Source: an uncultured delta proteobacterium
Lineage (GTDB): Bacteria > Myxococcota > Myxococcia > Myxococcales > Anaeromyxobacteraceae
Assembly (NCBI GenBank): GCA_963814585.1
Contig: CAWFDF010000009.1
Span: forward strand, 273,624 to 337,623
Direction: 5' to 3'
Length of the DNA stretch: 64,000 nucleotides
The notes under the pieces are model-generated. The model ran no database searches, had not been told where the DNA came from, and saw only the letters and a list, made by a program, of their open reading frames with translations. The position numbers were made by a program, and so were the translations under genes. Positions 14,632 to 24,471 of this stretch are shown piece by piece (the first letter of the stretch is position 1; each line of letters starts with the position of its first letter).

Positions 14632-15060
14632 TCAGCGAGTCGGGTTGTTGCTGACCGGCGTGAGGGTCGGCTTGGCGGCCGCCTTCTCCACGCCCTCCAT
14701 CTTGGTCTGACCCTCGAAGATGACCCCCTTCTCCACCATCAGGATGGGGGTCTCGATGTTGCCGCGCATGCGGGCCGGGTGGTGCAGCTCGACCAGGGCG
14801 CGGGCCTTGATGTTCCCGGAGATCTCGCCGTGGACGATGATGGTCCCGCAGCTGATCTCGGCGGCGATCTTGGCCCCCTCCCCCACCACCAGCACGTCGT
14901 TGGTGATGATGGTGCCGTTGAACTTGCCGTCGATGCGGACGGTCCCCTCGAAGGTGAGCTTCCCCTCGAACTCCGAGCCGCGCCCCAGCAGGGCGTTGAG
15001 ATCGCTCCCGGCCGCGGCGGCGGGAACGGCGGTCAAGTCATCTCGCTTCAGCATGGCCAT
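14632..15060 (-). CDS. Bactofilin (polymer-forming cytoskeletal protein)
   Basis: LGRGSEFEGKLTFEGTVRIDGKFNGTI beta-helix repeats; directly downstream of parB. Confidence 0.92.
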   Translation of the reverse strand: MAMLKRDDLTAVPAAAAGSDLNALLGRGSEFEGKLTFEGTVRIDGKFNGTIITNDVLVVGEGAKIAAEISCGTIIVHGEISGNIKARALVELHHPARMRGNIETPILMVEKGVIFEGQTKMEGVEKAAAKPTLTPVSNNPTR

Positions 15061-15176
15061 GTCCTGTGGTCTCCACCGGGATCGGCGCGTCGTGGCGCCG
15101 TCGCGGTCAAGGTTCGTAGCACCGCTCCCGCGATCAAGTCTACCCCGCGGGGGCGCGGCCCTCTCGCGCCGCCGGA

Positions 15177-16048
<872 letters not shown>

Positions 16049-16052
<4 letters not shown>

Positions 16053-16858
16053 GCCACACCTCCTTCGAGACGCTGTTTCGCTTCGCGGGCCCGCTCTGGG
16101 TCGAGACGCAGCTCCACCTCGCGGGCCAGCTCGAGGTAGCTCTGGCAGCCCTTCGAGCCCACGTCGTAGAGGAGGATCGGCTTGCCGTGGCTGGGGGCCT
16201 CGGAGAGCCTGACGTTGCGGGGGATGATGGTCTGGAAGACCTGGCTCGCGAAGGTTCGCCGGATCTCCTCGGCCACCTGGTTGGCGAGGTTGTTGGGCGA
16301 GTACATCGTGAGGACGATGCCGTCCACCATCAGCTCGGGGTTGGCGGAGGCCTTCACCAGCTCGATGGTCTTCAGGACGTCGGCCAGCCCCTCCAGCGCG
16401 TAGTACTCGCACTGGAGCGGGATGATCACGCCCTTGGCGGCGACCAGGCCGTTGAGCGTGAGCAGCCCGAGCGACGGCGGGCAGTCGACGATGACGAACT
16501 CGTACTCCGGCGCGATCGGCTCGATGGCGTTCCGCAGCCGCGACTCCCGACCCTCCAGCGCCGCCAGCTCCAGCTCGGCGCCGACGAGGTGCTGCGAGGC
16601 GGGGACGAGATCCAGGTACTTGAGCTCGGTCTTGCGGACGGCGTCGCGCAGCGGGATGCCGTCGAGGAGCACCTCGTAGATCGACTGCTCCGACTCGTCC
16701 CGCCGGATGCCGAGCGCCGACCCGGCGTTGCCCTGCGGGTCGAGGTCGATGAGCAGGGTCCGGTGCTCGGCGGCGGCCAGCGAGGCCGCCAGGTTGACGG
16801 CGGTGGTGGTCTTGCCGACGCCGCCCTTCTGGTTGGCGATGGTGAGGATGCGGCTCAT
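16049..16858 (-). CDS. parA: Chromosome partitioning ATPase ParA/Soj
   Basis: ANQKGGVGKTTT, DLDPQGNA, DCPPSLG, IPRNVRLSEAPSHG. Confidence 0.97.
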
Positions 16859-16889
16859 GGGAGGGGAATCTGCCTCGCCCCTCTGACAG

Positions 16890-16905
16890 TGTTCCACGTG
16901 GAACA
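16890..16905. other. parS centromere site 1
   Basis: Perfect palindrome TGTTCCACGTGGAACA, matching the bacterial parS consensus, just upstream of parA. Confidence 0.92.
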
Positions 16906-17120
16906 CCGGTGCGGCGGCGGACCGGTCCCTCGCTCCCGACGACCTCTCGTGGGCGGGCGTGGACGGCGGCTGCCGCGGGACGGGGTCGGGGTGACCACGG
17001 GATGGGCCGGAGGTGTGGCCTGGAGCCTCGGACGGGCGGGGCGCCTGAAGGGAGGGCCGGTCCATCGGGCCCCGGTGAATTACTCTCGGTCAGGAAGAAC
17101 GGGCGTGATTTCCGATGGGT

Positions 17121-17792
17121 CTACGCCGATGTTCCACGTGGAACATGGGGCCGGCCCCACCGGACCACGGCGCGGGCGGCGTGCGAGAACGGCAGCTCGA
17201 ACTGGTCGACGCCGAGCAGGTCGAAGCCGTGTGCCTTGCCCAAAGCCTCCAGGTGAGTCCGCTCCGCCCCCTTGCCCAGCATCCCGAGCAGCACCCCGCC
17301 CGCGCCGACGTAGCCTGCCCCCAGCTCGACCCAGCGCTCCGGGTCGGCGACCGCCCGGCTCACCACCGCCTCGCAGATGGGGAGCCCGTCCCGGGCCGGG
17401 TCGCCGGTGGCCCGGATCGGCAGCCCGCGCACGGCCAGCCCCAGCTCCGCTGCGGTCGCCTTCACGAACGCCACCTTCTTGCCGACCGAGTCGCAGCAGG
17501 TGACCTGCAGCCCGGGGCGCGCACAGGCCACCGCCATCCCGGGAAACCCGGCGCCGCTGCCGACGTCGAGGAGCGTGGTTCGCCCCTCGAGCGCCGGGAG
17601 CAGCACCAGGCTGTCCAGGAAGTGCTTCTCGGCCACCTCGGCCGGATCGGTGATGGCGGTGAGGTTGATCTTGCGGTTCCAGGTCACCAGCCGCTCGGCA
17701 AACCGGACCAGCCGCTCGATGGCCGGATCGTCGACCGGAAGCCCGAGGGCCGCGATCCCGCTGCGAAGCACCTGCTCGAAGACCCGATCCAT
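17121..17792 (-). CDS. rsmG: 16S rRNA (guanine(527)-N7)-methyltransferase
   Basis: [33 protein letters not shown]. Confidence 0.95.
   Translation of the reverse strand: MDRVFEQVLRSGIAALGLPVDDPAIERLVRFAERLVTWNRKINLTAITDPAEVAEKHFLDSLVLLPALEGRTTLLDVGSGAGFPGMAVACARPGLQVTCCDSVGKKVAFVKATAAELGLAVRGLPIRATGDPARDGLPICEAVVSRAVADPERWVELGAGYVGAGGVLLGMLGKGAERTHLEALGKAHGFDLLGVDQFELPFSHAARAVVRWGRPHVPRGTSA
17130..17145. other. parS centromere site 2
   Basis: Second perfect TGTTCCACGTGGAACA, inside the last codons of rsmG. Confidence 0.92.
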
Positions 17793-17857
17793 TCACCCTC
17801 GCGACCGTGCATCGACCGAGACCGCCGGTTCAGCGCCGGCGGTCACCGGGCTCCCGA

Positions 17858-18040
17858 CTAGTGCCGCGCCCCAGGCAAGATGCCTACTGCGAGAGCCGAT
17901 CCTCTCGCTGCGGCAGGCGGCCTCGTCGGTCCGCTGCTCAGCGTAGCGCTGCTACGCTTCTGCTGCTCCCTCCTCGGGCGCCAGCCTCGCTTCGGTCTCG
18001 GCTCTCTCGTCACGTCATCTTGCCTGGGGCGCGGCACTAG
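17858..18040. mobile_element. MITE-like non-autonomous element, intact copy
   Basis: Perfect 25-bp terminal inverted repeats including terminal CTAG (17858-17882 and 18016-18040); non-coding, internally self-complementary. Confidence 0.75.
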
Positions 18041-18129
18041 AGCACATCCCAGGATCCCAGGCCTGCTGCGGCGAAGGACACCGGGACTCGCGGGTCAGCC
18101 TCGCGGTGGCCGGGGTCGCGGAACGGGCT

Positions 18130-18339
18130 TCACGCCTTCCGCCCGATGGCCTGCTCCACCTCGGCGAGGTGCGCGGCCAGGTAGGCGACCACCGCGTCGT
18201 CCTCCAGCCGCATGTCGCGCAGGACACCCTCGTAGACGAACCGGAACCCATCGGCGTACGCCTCGCCGCGCAGCTCGAACGACCGACGCAGCACCGCCGC
18301 CGCGAAGAGCCGCTCCTCGAGTGACTTCTCCCGGGCCAC
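18130..18339 (-). CDS. Small hypothetical protein (69 aa)
   Basis: GTG start, [40 protein letters not shown]...; protein-like composition, co-oriented with jag. Confidence 0.65.
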   Translation of the reverse strand: MAREKSLEERLFAAAVLRRSFELRGEAYADGFRFVYEGVLRDMRLEDDAVVAYLAAHLAEVEQAIGRKA

Positions 18340-18344
18340 GCTCA

Positions 18345-18521
18345 GGGTCCCGATCCAGGCAAGTTGCCGGCTGCGAGGGCCGATCGTCTCGCTGTAGCAG
18401 GTGGCCTCGTCGGGCCGCTGCTCAGCATCGCACGGCCACGCGTCCGCCACTCCATCCTCGGGCGCCAGCCTGGCCTCGGTCTCGGCGCGCTCGTCACGGC
18501 GTCTTGCCTGGCTCGGGGCCC
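18345..18521. repeat. Second, diverged copy of the MITE-like element, overlapping the 3' end of jag
   Basis: 18355-18511 aligns without gaps to 17871-18027 (about 132/157 identical by hand count) and has its own imperfect terminal inverted repeat. Confidence 0.8.
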
Positions 18522-19039
18522 CGGTCCCCCTGGCCCTCGGGAACGGCCACGCGCTTGCCCGGGTCGGGGAAGACCAGGAGCTGGCGGAAGATCCCCTCGC
18601 CCTCGCTCCTGGTGCCGACGCCCTCGGCCTCCTGCAGGGCGATGTGCAGCTGCCTCCGCTCGCGCGCGCTCATCGGCGCCAGCCCCACGGTCCGGCCGGT
18701 CCGGCGGACGGTCTCGGCCAGCCGCGCCGCCATCGCCTTGACGGCGGGGTCGCCCGCCTCGCCGAAGCCGCCGACCTCGAGGTTGACCCACTTCCGATCC
18801 ACGCCCGGCGGGTTGACGGCCCGGTTGGCCAGCGTCTGCACCGCCTCGACCAGGGCCGAGTGGAGCTCCACCCGGTTGCCCTCCAGCGGCTTGAGCCAGA
18901 CGCCGATGGCCTCCGGCGTCTCGCGCAGCTCGACCTCGACGGTGGCCCCCAGCCTCCGGAACAGCTCCACGCAGAAGGCGCGAGCCTTCTCGACCTTCTC
19001 GGGGGCGTGGGCCGGCGGCGGCGCGCTGTCTCGCTCCAT
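18494..19039 (-). CDS. jag: Jag/EloR-like R3H-domain RNA-binding protein
   Basis: PMSARERRQLHIAL...TRSEGEG R3H motif; canonical position after yidC. Confidence 0.85.
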   Translation of the reverse strand: MERDSAPPPAHAPEKVEKARAFCVELFRRLGATVEVELRETPEAIGVWLKPLEGNRVELHSALVEAVQTLANRAVNPPGVDRKWVNLEVGGFGEAGDPAVKAMAARLAETVRRTGRTVGLAPMSARERRQLHIALQEAEGVGTRSEGEGIFRQLLVFPDPGKRVAVPEGQGDRGPEPGKTP

Positions 19040-19075
19040 TTGACTCTCCGTGAACAGGGGCCCGGCCCGCCCTGG

Positions 19076-20734
19076 TCAGGCCTTGGCGGGCCGATCCTGC
19101 ATCCGGTTCACCAGCTGCTGCTGCGCGATCGAGAGCACGTTGTTGACGAAGATGTAGAGCGTCAGCCCCGAGGGCACGAAGAGCATCATGACCGTGAAGA
19201 AGCCCGGGAAGAAGTAGAGCATCATCTTGGCCTGGGTGGCCTCGGCCGGCTGCGGGGAGAACTTCTGCATGATGTAGCTGGTCACGCCCATGGCCACCGG
19301 CAGGATGAAGTAGGGATCCTGCTGCGTCAGGTCGCTCATCCAGAGGAAGGGCGCCCGGTAGAGCTCGACCGAGGTCTGCAGCGCCGCGTAGAGCGCGAAC
19401 CAGATGGGCATCTGCAGCAGCATGGGCAGGCAGCCGCCGGCCGGGTTGACCTTGTGCTGCTGGAAGAGCGCCATCTGGGCGCGGCTCATCGCCTCGCGGT
19501 CGTCGCCGTGCTTGGCCTTGAGCTTCTCGATCTCCGGCTGCAGCTTCCGCATGGCGTTCATCGACTGCATCGACTTGAAGGTGAGCGGGTAGAGCAGCAC
19601 CTTCACCGTGATGGTGAGCAGGATGATGGCCGTGCCCCAGTTGGCGACGAAGCCGTGGAACCAGCGCATCACCCCGAGCAGGATCTGGGCGAAGAAGGCG
19701 AAGAAGTTGCTCACCGGGCCGTAGTCGATGGCCGACTCGAAGCCGCGCTCGTGGCCGTTGAGCTGGGCGTAGGACTTGAGCAGCTCCAGCTGCTTGGGGC
19801 CGGCGAAGAGGGTGAAGGCCAGCTTGCGGCCGGCGGCGTCGAGCGGGTACTGGATCACCGCCGCGCCGCTCCCCTTCTCGCCACCCTTCACGAACAGGCA
19901 GGTGCCGCCCGGATCGGCCGGCAGCAGCGCCGCCGTGAAGTAGTGCTGGTCGATGCCGGCCCAGAGCACCGCCCCCTCGAGCTTCTTCTGCGCCTCGTCC
20001 CCGGCCACGTCGAACCGCTCGGTGTTCTTCCCGGCCCGGCAGACCGGCCGCACGAACTCCAGCGACGGCCCGGAGAAGATGCCGCCGCTGGAGGTGGCCG
20101 GCGGCATGAACCCGTCGAAGATGACCGAGGCGGTGCCGGCCGCCGGGGCCCCGGACAGCTCCAGCTCGACCGTCACCTCGTAGGGCTTGCCGGTGAGCCG
20201 GTAGCTCTTGCGGATCGACGCCGCGCCGGCGCGCCCCTCGAAGACCACGCTGGTCGCGTCCCGCGAGACCACCCGCATGGCCGCCCGGGCGCCCGGATCG
20301 AGGAGCGGATCGGCGGCCCCGCCCAGCTCCGGCGACACGGCCACCGAGAGCGGCCACGGCATCCCCGGCGCCACCCGGACCATGTCGATGGGGACCAGCT
20401 TGCCGTCCACGAGCCGCCGGAACTTCTCCCCCAGCAGCTCGACGTGGGCGACGGCGCCGCCGTGGCTGGAGAACACCACCGCGAACTCGGAACCGGTGAG
20501 CCGGACCAGCTCCTCGGGGGCGTTGGCCGCCACCTCGACCGGTGCCGCGCCCGCCACGGGGGCGGGGCCCTTCGCGCCGGCCACGGGCCCGGGCGCCGGC
20601 GTCGCCGCGGCGAGCGTGTTGGTGGTGGCGACCACCGGCCTGGGCTTCTCCGGCGGGAAGAGCACCTGCCAGCCGAAGGCGATGCCCAGCGAGGCCAGGA
20701 TGGCGATGAGGAAGCGGCGGTTGTCTGTGGGCAC
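19076..20734 (-). CDS. yidC: Membrane protein insertase YidC
   Basis: NWGTAIILLT, KLQPEIEKLK, NPAGGCLPMLLQMPIW, DPYFILP. Confidence 0.97.
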   Translation of the reverse strand: MPTDNRRFLIAILASLGIAFGWQVLFPPEKPRPVVATTNTLAAATPAPGPVAGAKGPAPVAGAAPVEVAANAPEELVRLTGSEFAVVFSSHGGAVAHVELLGEKFRRLVDGKLVPIDMVRVAPGMPWPLSVAVSPELGGAADPLLDPGARAAMRVVSRDATSVVFEGRAGAASIRKSYRLTGKPYEVTVELELSGAPAAGTASVIFDGFMPPATSSGGIFSGPSLEFVRPVCRAGKNTERFDVAGDEAQKKLEGAVLWAGIDQHYFTAALLPADPGGTCLFVKGGEKGSGAAVIQYPLDAAGRKLAFTLFAGPKQLELLKSYAQLNGHERGFESAIDYGPVSNFFAFFAQILLGVMRWFHGFVANWGTAIILLTITVKVLLYPLTFKSMQSMNAMRKLQPEIEKLKAKHGDDREAMSRAQMALFQQHKVNPAGGCLPMLLQMPIWFALYAALQTSVELYRAPFLWMSDLTQQDPYFILPVAMGVTSYIMQKFSPQPAEATQAKMMLYFFPGFFTVMMLFVPSGLTLYIFVNNVLSIAQQQLVNRMQDRPAKA

Positions 20735-20751
20735 GAATGACCTCGCTGCGA

Positions 20752-20964
20752 TCAGGGCACCGGATCGATGCCGCCTGGATGGAACGGGTGACAGCGGCCG
20801 AGCCGCCGGATGGTGAGCCAGCCGCCCCGGGCGGCGCCGTGCCGCTCCAGCGCCTCGGCGGCGTAGCAGGAGCAGCTCGGGTGGAACCGGCAGGCCGCCG
20901 GCAGGCCGGGGCCGATGAACCGCTGGTAGAAGCGCACCAGCAGGAGGAGCAGCCTCGCGATCAC
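20752..20964 (-). CDS. yidD: Membrane protein insertion efficiency factor YidD
   Basis: [11 protein letters not shown] and [17 protein letters not shown]. Confidence 0.95.
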   Translation of the reverse strand: MIARLLLLLVRFYQRFIGPGLPAACRFHPSCSCYAAEALERHGAARGGWLTIRRLGRCHPFHPGGIDPVP

Positions 20965-21302
20965 ATCCCCCTCCGCCTCAGCTCGTCACGGGCCGCCGCC
21001 AGCGCCCGGCGAGCGCCCGGGAGCCCCTGGGCGAGCGCTCCCGACCGGGCGATCACCACCAGATCGACCACCGGCAGCTGGTCCTGGATCTCCCGGAAGG
21101 CCTCGCGCACCCAGCGCTTGACCCGGTTTCGCCCGACCGCGTTGGCGACCTTGGAGGACACCGTGATCCCGATCCGCGGCCGATCCGGCGCCGCGCCCCC
21201 GCAGAGGACCACCAGGTTGCCCGAGCAGAGCCGGGCGCCGCGTTCCTGGACCGCGAGGAACTCACGGCGGCGCCGCAGGCGCGCGGCCTTGGCCAGCTTC
21301 AC
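20961..21302 (-). CDS. rnpA: Ribonuclease P protein component
   Basis: [25 protein letters not shown] (RNR motif). Confidence 0.95.
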   Translation of the reverse strand: MKLAKAARLRRRREFLAVQERGARLCSGNLVVLCGGAAPDRPRIGITVSSKVANAVGRNRVKRWVREAFREIQDQLPVVDLVVIARSGALAQGLPGARRALAAARDELRRRGM

Positions 21303-21311
21303 CTGGAGAGG

Positions 21312-21461
21312 CTACTTGGTCGGCGCCTTGGTGGTGAGGCGCTTGCGACCCTTGGCACGACGGCGCTTGATGACGTTGCGACCGCCCGGGGTCGCCATCC
21401 GCTTCCGGAAGCCGTGGGTGCGGTTCCGCTTGATCTTCTTGGGCTGGTAAGTGCGCTTCAT
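21312..21461 (-). CDS. rpmH: 50S ribosomal protein L34 (too short for the ORF track)
   Basis: Hand translation [49 protein letters not shown]. Confidence 0.97.
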   Translation of the reverse strand: MKRTYQPKKIKRNRTHGFRKRMATPGGRNVIKRRRAKGRKRLTTKAPTK

Positions 21462-21726
21462 GGCGCGGCAACCTCCACGATCACGTGCGGCATGTCAAGG
21501 TCCGGCCGCCCCCACCGAAAGCTCCGTCCTTCCGCGGCCCTTCCACGCCCTTCATTCTTGGCCTTGATCCCTCCGCGCGACCGTGCTTGTTTGCCCCGAA
21601 TACCGCGGCACGGCAGCGACACCATCCACGAGTTCCGACGTCACGACTCCCCCCGGATCACGCCCGATCCCGGAGACGGTCCCCCGTTGGCTCCTGGCAC
21701 CGTCCCGCTGCGATGGAGGAGGGTCC

Positions 21727-23088
21727 ATGGAGTCACCTGCGAGGACGCGGGAGCTGTCGGCGCTGGACGAGACCTGGACCCGGGTGGACGGGTACCTCCG
21801 CTCACGCCTCCGTCCCGACCTCTACGACCGCTGGTTCGCGCCGCTGCGCGCCAGCGCCATCGACGACGGCCGGCTCCACGTCGCCGCCCCCGACAAGTTC
21901 CACCGCGACTTCGTCGACGACAACTACCGGCCCTGGTTCGAGGAGTTCCTCCCGACCGTGACCGGCATGCCGCTGCGGGTGGTCTTCGTGGTCGACGACC
22001 GGCCGCGGGCGGCCGCCGCCCACGAGGCGACGCCGGCCCCGGCCAGCCCGGCGGCCGGGGAGTCGCAGGAGCGGCGCCCCAGCCAGCGCTACACCTTCGA
22101 GACCTTCGTGGTCGGCGAGTCGAACCGCTTCGCCTTCGCCGCCGCCCAGGCCGTGGCGCAGAAGCCCGGCCATGCCTGGAACCCGCTCTTCCTCCACGGC
22201 GACTCGGGCCTCGGCAAGACCCACCTGCTCCACGCCATCGGCAACTCGATCCTGGCCGCCAACCCGGGCCGGCCGGTGGCGGTGGTCACCTCCGAGCGCT
22301 ACACCAACGACTTCGTCGACGCCCTGCGCAAGGGCACGCTCGACGAGTTCCGCCGCCGCTACCGCGAGTGCGCCGCGCTGCTCATCGACGACGTCCAGTT
22401 CTTCGCCGGCAAGGACAAGACCGCCGAGGAGTTCTTCCACACCTTCAACACCCTCTACGAGCAGGGCGTCCAGATCGTCCTCTCCAGCGACCGCAGCCCC
22501 AAGGAGCTGAAGGGGCTGGAGGAGCGGCTCTGCTCCCGGTTCGAGTGGGGCATGCGGGTGCAGATCGACGTCCCCGAGTTCGAGACCCGGGCCGCCATCC
22601 TGAAGAAGAAGGCCGAGCTGGAGCGGATCGACCTGCCCGACGAGGTGGCCACCCTGCTGGCCACGCACATCCGCTCCAACGTCCGCGAGCTGCACGGCGC
22701 CCTCACCAAGCTCTCGGCCTTCGCCTCGCTCAAGGCCGAGCCCATCAGCATCCGCCTGGCCCGCGACGTCCTCTCCGACGTCATCCCACCGCCCGGCTAC
22801 AAGCCGACCATCGAGCGGATCCAGGAGGCCACCGCCGCCCACTACGGGCTCACGGTGGCCAAGCTCACCAGCTCGTCGCGCGAGCAGAAGATCGCCATTC
22901 CGCGCCAGGTCGCCATGTTCCTCTGCCGCGAGCTGGCCAAGGAGACCTTCCAGCTCATCGCCGAGAAGTTCAACAAGAAGGACCACTCCACGGTCATCTC
23001 GGCCAAGGAGCGGGTCGAGGAGCTGCTCGGCCAGGACCCCGAGATCCAGACCGCCGTCGCCACCCTGACGCAGAAGCTGGCCCCGTAG
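21727..23088 (+). CDS. dnaA: Chromosomal replication initiator DnaA
   Basis: YTFETFVVGESN, NPLFLHGDSGLGKTHL, LLIDDVQF, domain IV PRQVAMFL...DHSTVISA; start uncertain. Confidence 0.96.
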   Translation: MESPARTRELSALDETWTRVDGYLRSRLRPDLYDRWFAPLRASAIDDGRLHVAAPDKFHRDFVDDNYRPWFEEFLPTVTGMPLRVVFVVDDRPRAAAAHEATPAPASPAAGESQERRPSQRYTFETFVVGESNRFAFAAAQAVAQKPGHAWNPLFLHGDSGLGKTHLLHAIGNSILAANPGRPVAVVTSERYTNDFVDALRKGTLDEFRRRYRECAALLIDDVQFFAGKDKTAEEFFHTFNTLYEQGVQIVLSSDRSPKELKGLEERLCSRFEWGMRVQIDVPEFETRAAILKKKAELERIDLPDEVATLLATHIRSNVRELHGALTKLSAFASLKAEPISIRLARDVLSDVIPPPGYKPTIERIQEATAAHYGLTVAKLTSSSREQKIAIPRQVAMFLCRELAKETFQLIAEKFNKKDHSTVISAKERVEELLGQDPEIQTAVATLTQKLAP

Positions 23089-23316
23089 CCGCGAGCCGGT
23101 GGATGGCCGGTGGATCACGCCCGGGACGGCCCGGGGACGGAGCGTGTCCCGTCGTTGACACCTCGATCGGCCGCACGCTACACAGATCGGGCCCGCGCTG
23201 ATCGGCCCCGTTGTCCAGACCAGGAACCTCCGTCTTTCCGCTGGCTCGCCTCGGTTGTCCACATCGATCCGCCCCCTGCTACTACTGCTGTATCAAAGAA
23301 GAAGAGAGCCTCTCCC
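23089..23316. other. Putative oriC in the dnaA-dnaN intergenic region
   Basis: DnaA-box-like TTGTCCACA (23255-23263), TTGTCCAGA (23211-23219) and GGTGGATCA; a GC run then trio-like CTGCTACTACTG repeats. Confidence 0.7.
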
Positions 23317-24444
23317 ATGGAACTGAAGATCGGATCCCAGGAACTCGCCCGGGCGCTGGGCCGCTCGCAGGGCATCGTCGAGCGCAAGTCGACCATGCCG
23401 ATCCTCTCCCACGTCCTGCTCGAGGTGCGGAATGGGAACGAGCTGCACCTCTCGGCCACCGACCTCGACCTCTCCGTCACCTCGCAGCACGCCTGCGAGG
23501 CCGGCAAGGACGGCGCCCTGGCGGTCTCGGCCAAGCACCTCTACGAGATCGTGCGGGCCCTCCCGGAGCAGTCGGTCACGCTGAAGCGGGCCGGCAACAA
23601 CTACCTGGAGGTGAAGAGCGGCCCGTCCGAGTTCCGCATCGTCGGCCTGCCCGCCGAGGACTTCCCGGCCCTGCCGCGCTTCGAGAAGCTCGGCTTCGTC
23701 GACGTCGACCCGAAGTCGCTGCTCGACCAGATCGAGCGGACCTTCTTCGCCGCCTCCAACGACGAGACCCGCTACAACCTGAACGGCGTCTTCTTCGAGC
23801 CGCAGGGGGCGATCCTGCGGCTGGTGGCCACCGACGGCCACCGGCTGGCGGTCTCGGAGCGGCCCCTGGCCGGCGACTTCGGCCTCAAGAAGGGCGTCAT
23901 CCTGCCGAAGAAGGGGCTGCAGGAGCTCCGCAAGCTGCTCACCGAGGCGGCCGAGTCGGGCGAGGAGAAGCCGGTGGCCCAGCTCGGCTTCGCCGAGAAC
24001 TCGGCGGTGTTCCGCCGCCCCGGGGTCAGCCTGGTGATGCGGCTCATCGAGGGGCTCTTCCCGGACTACAAGCAGGTGATCCCGAAGCCGGGCGAGAAGA
24101 TCCTCAAGGTGGGGCGCCAGCGCTTCCTGGAGACGCTGCGCCGGGTCTCGCTGCTCTCCTCCGACAAGTCGCACGCCGTCAAGCTGGAGCTCTCGGCCGG
24201 CACGCTGCGAGTGCTCTCGCAGAACCCCGACCTCGGCGACGCCCGCGAGGACGTGCCGGTGGAGTACGCCGGCGAGCCGCTCCAGATCGGCTTCAACTCG
24301 CGCTACCTGACCGACGTGGTGGCCGCCCTCAAGGCCGACGACGTGCAGCTCGAGCTGGCCGACGACCTGTCGCCGGGCGTCCTCAAGGGCGCCGGCGAGC
24401 CCGACGCCGGCTACACCGCCGTCGTGATGCCGATGCGCATCTGA
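23317..24444 (+). CDS. dnaN: DNA polymerase III beta sliding clamp
   Basis: KSTMPILSHVLL, SATDLD, LVATDGHRL, FPDYKQVIP, VVMPMRI. Confidence 0.98.
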   Translation: MELKIGSQELARALGRSQGIVERKSTMPILSHVLLEVRNGNELHLSATDLDLSVTSQHACEAGKDGALAVSAKHLYEIVRALPEQSVTLKRAGNNYLEVKSGPSEFRIVGLPAEDFPALPRFEKLGFVDVDPKSLLDQIERTFFAASNDETRYNLNGVFFEPQGAILRLVATDGHRLAVSERPLAGDFGLKKGVILPKKGLQELRKLLTEAAESGEEKPVAQLGFAENSAVFRRPGVSLVMRLIEGLFPDYKQVIPKPGEKILKVGRQRFLETLRRVSLLSSDKSHAVKLELSAGTLRVLSQNPDLGDAREDVPVEYAGEPLQIGFNSRYLTDVVAALKADDVQLELADDLSPGVLKGAGEPDAGYTAVVMPMRI

Positions 24445-24471
24445 GGCGGGCGGCGACGGGGGCTGGACGCG

